Shown one piece after another: positions 62,317 through 64,000 of a stretch of DNA of 64,000 bases. The position numbers and the translations under genes are program-made. This DNA is from Candidatus Dormiibacterota bacterium (lineage in GTDB: Bacteria; Chloroflexota; Dormibacteria; Aeolococcales; Aeolococcaceae): NCBI GenBank assembly GCA_963709585.1, contig CAVPXI010000006.1:160001-224000 (forward strand), given 5' to 3'. A model generated the notes under the pieces. It did not search any database and had not been told where the DNA came from. It saw nothing but the letters and a program-made list of their open reading frames with translations. Positions within the stretch are counted from its first letter, which is position 1. Every line of letters begins with the position of its first letter.

Positions 62317-63083
62317 GCCAGCTCGACCTCCACGGTGTCACCCGCGCGCGGACCACCGACAGCCACGGCGCCGGTGCCGTGGCCGGCAATCTCGAGGTGA
62401 CCGGCGCTGCCGATCAACGCGCTCGATCCGGCGGCGATCTGCGCGTATGTGGCAACCATGGCGGCGGAGCGGCCACCCGGCCAGGTGACCGAACGGACGG
62501 CTGCGCCACCGAAGTCGCCGGCGCGGATGGTCGTGATCGCGTTGCCAAAGTGGTCGACCACGACGACCCTCCCGGTGATGCGGTTGCCCACCCGCACCGC
62601 GAAGGCGCCGGCGAGGACGACCGGGTCGTCGATCGGATCGCCGGGGACGTCGAACCGTTCCTTTGATGACAGCTCCGCCGCGAAGGGCGCGAAGACGTCG
62701 CGACCGTGGAACGTCGGCGACGCGTCCCGCGCGATGTCGATGCTCACAGCCCGACGATCCTCCGGCGGGGTCTCATCCCAGAGGTACGACACCAGACCGT
62801 TGTCCGGAGCGACGCAGCGGGTGCTGCCCACTTTGATGGCGATTGCGCGTCGCTCCGTGCCGACGCCCGGGTCGACCACGGCGCAGAACACGGCTCCTCC
62901 GCTGAAGGCCCGCGCCAGCGCCTTGAGCTGGTACGCGCCCGCGAGCACATCTCCAAAGGAAATCCCATGCGTTCCCTCGACACAGATGGCGTGGGGGTCG
63001 ACACGCAGGGCAGCGCCGGTGAGCGCCGCCGCATATGCGTCGTCGCGTCCGAAGTCGGTGACGAAGACGATCGGCTGCCGCAT
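62313..63083 (-). CDS. SAM hydroxide adenosyltransferase (DUF62)
   Basis: TDFG, VVDPGVGT.RR, PDNG, TFHGRDVF, DHFGN. Confidence 0.93.
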   Translation of the reverse strand: MRQPIVFVTDFGRDDAYAAALTGAALRVDPHAICVEGTHGISFGDVLAGAYQLKALARAFSGGAVFCAVVDPGVGTERRAIAIKVGSTRCVAPDNGLVSYLWDETPPEDRRAVSIDIARDASPTFHGRDVFAPFAAELSSKERFDVPGDPIDDPVVLAGAFAVRVGNRITGRVVVVDHFGNAITTIRAGDFGGAAVRSVTWPGGRSAAMVATYAQIAAGSSALIGSAGHLEIAGHGTGAVAVGGPRAGDTVEVELA

Positions 63084-63108
63084 GGCGGACTTCGCTACCG
63101 TACCAGCG

Positions 63109-63500
63109 ATGGAGAATCCGCCGAGCGCCCCCGAGCAGGTACCGGTGGCGGCGGCCACGGAGGACCGCGCGCGCCGAAGAAGGCCGGTCTGGGGGATGCC
63201 GGTCGCGGTGATCGCGCTGGTCGTGATCGTGGTGCTGTTCGTTGTCGGCTTCACCGGGCTCTTCGCCAACCCGGTGCGATCGGTGAGCTCCGACGGGACT
63301 ACGACGCTCTCAGGAAGCTTCGAGCCCTACCAGTGCAACCCGGCGAGCTGCGACGGGTACATCTCCGCCGGGGCACGCAGCGTGTTCGTGGTTTTTCCGC
63401 ACGGATGCGCACCGCCTCAGCGCGCCGCGACGATCACCGTACCGGCAAACCCGCGCCGGATCTGGGCAACGCCTCGTACCGGGCGACCGCCTGCCCCTGA
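63109..63500 (+). CDS. Small membrane-anchored exported protein, frameshift near 63442
   Basis: MENPPS..., TM, Cys pairs; continues TGKPAPDLGNASYRATACP* in another frame. Confidence 0.55.
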
Positions 63501-63524
63501 ACGGCTACTCCCAGCGGAGGCTCT

Positions 63525-64000
63525 TTACGCGGCGGGTGCGATCCCTGTCAGGCGCCATCCACGATGGGCCACCAGCCAGCCCCCATCAGCCACCTCGTGA
63601 GCCTCGTCGTCCGCGGCCGTGTCGACCGCCGGGTCGCGCTCGAACGTCCAGTCCTGGGTGCCCGAGGTGCTGCCGTTGATGCTGAAACGGACGACGGCTC
63701 GCTCCCGACCGTTCGCGACGGTTGCCGCTGTGACTTCCGCCGACACGATGTCCGCATCCAGCGCGGGCGCTCCGTCGTTATGGGCGTCCTGGAGCACGCG
63801 AAACGCATCTCTGGCGATCAGCAGAAAGCGATCGGGGCTGAACTCGGGGTCAATACGTGTCACCGACTTCGAGATCGAGGCCAGGAACGGCTGCTTCGCC
63901 ACGTTCGTGAAACTCACGGTCGAGGTCGGTGAGCATCGTGGTGTCCAGCGCGTCGAGTTGCGCTTCGTCGGCCTCACGTTTGGCGAGACGGCTCCCGATC
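63525..64000 (-). CDS. Tim44-like domain protein, C-terminal part (truncated by window)
   Basis: DPEFSPDRFL..AR.AF..LQ.A, AVVRF, WTFER, WRLTGI. Confidence 0.65.
   Translation of the reverse strand, partial: SGAVSPNVRPTKRNSTRWTPRCSPTSTVSFTNVAKQPFLASISKSVTRIDPEFSPDRFLLIARDAFRVLQDAHNDGAPALDADIVSAEVTAATVANGRERAVVRFSINGSTSGTQDWTFERDPAVDTAADDEAHEVADGGWLVAHRGWRLTGIAPAA

Overview
High-GC bacterial chromosomal segment, densely coding. It looks monoderm and Terrabacteria-like, possibly Chloroflexota-related or Ca. Dormibacterota, but that assignment is inference only. Housekeeping content: clpB, gltX, argS, coaE, galU, thiD, queF with a YhhQ-type transporter, a MoxR/DUF58/transglutaminase triad and three tRNAs. 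It also carries a one-operon phosphatidylinositol-mannoside pathway (ArsR-ino1-acyltransferase-pimA-pgsA), an actinobacterial-style RHH/DUF4097/ABC cassette, an MgtE-N plus NRAMP-like Mg2+ locus, a diguanylate cyclase and a degenerate ECF sigma/anti-sigma pair. About eight single-base frameshifts suggest long-read indel errors. The most notable observations are: (1) a tRNA-Tyr(GTA) with archaeal/eukaryal identity (C1:G72, A73, no long variable arm); (2) an unannotated 19-aa uORF plus an SD-sequestering three-way junction in front of the NRAMP-like transporter; (3) a three-gene two-component-like system with a His-less kinase-like protein; (4) a catalytically dead sortase-fold lipoprotein; (5) pervasive leaderless genes. 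No CRISPR array, rRNA, integrase or transposase was seen.
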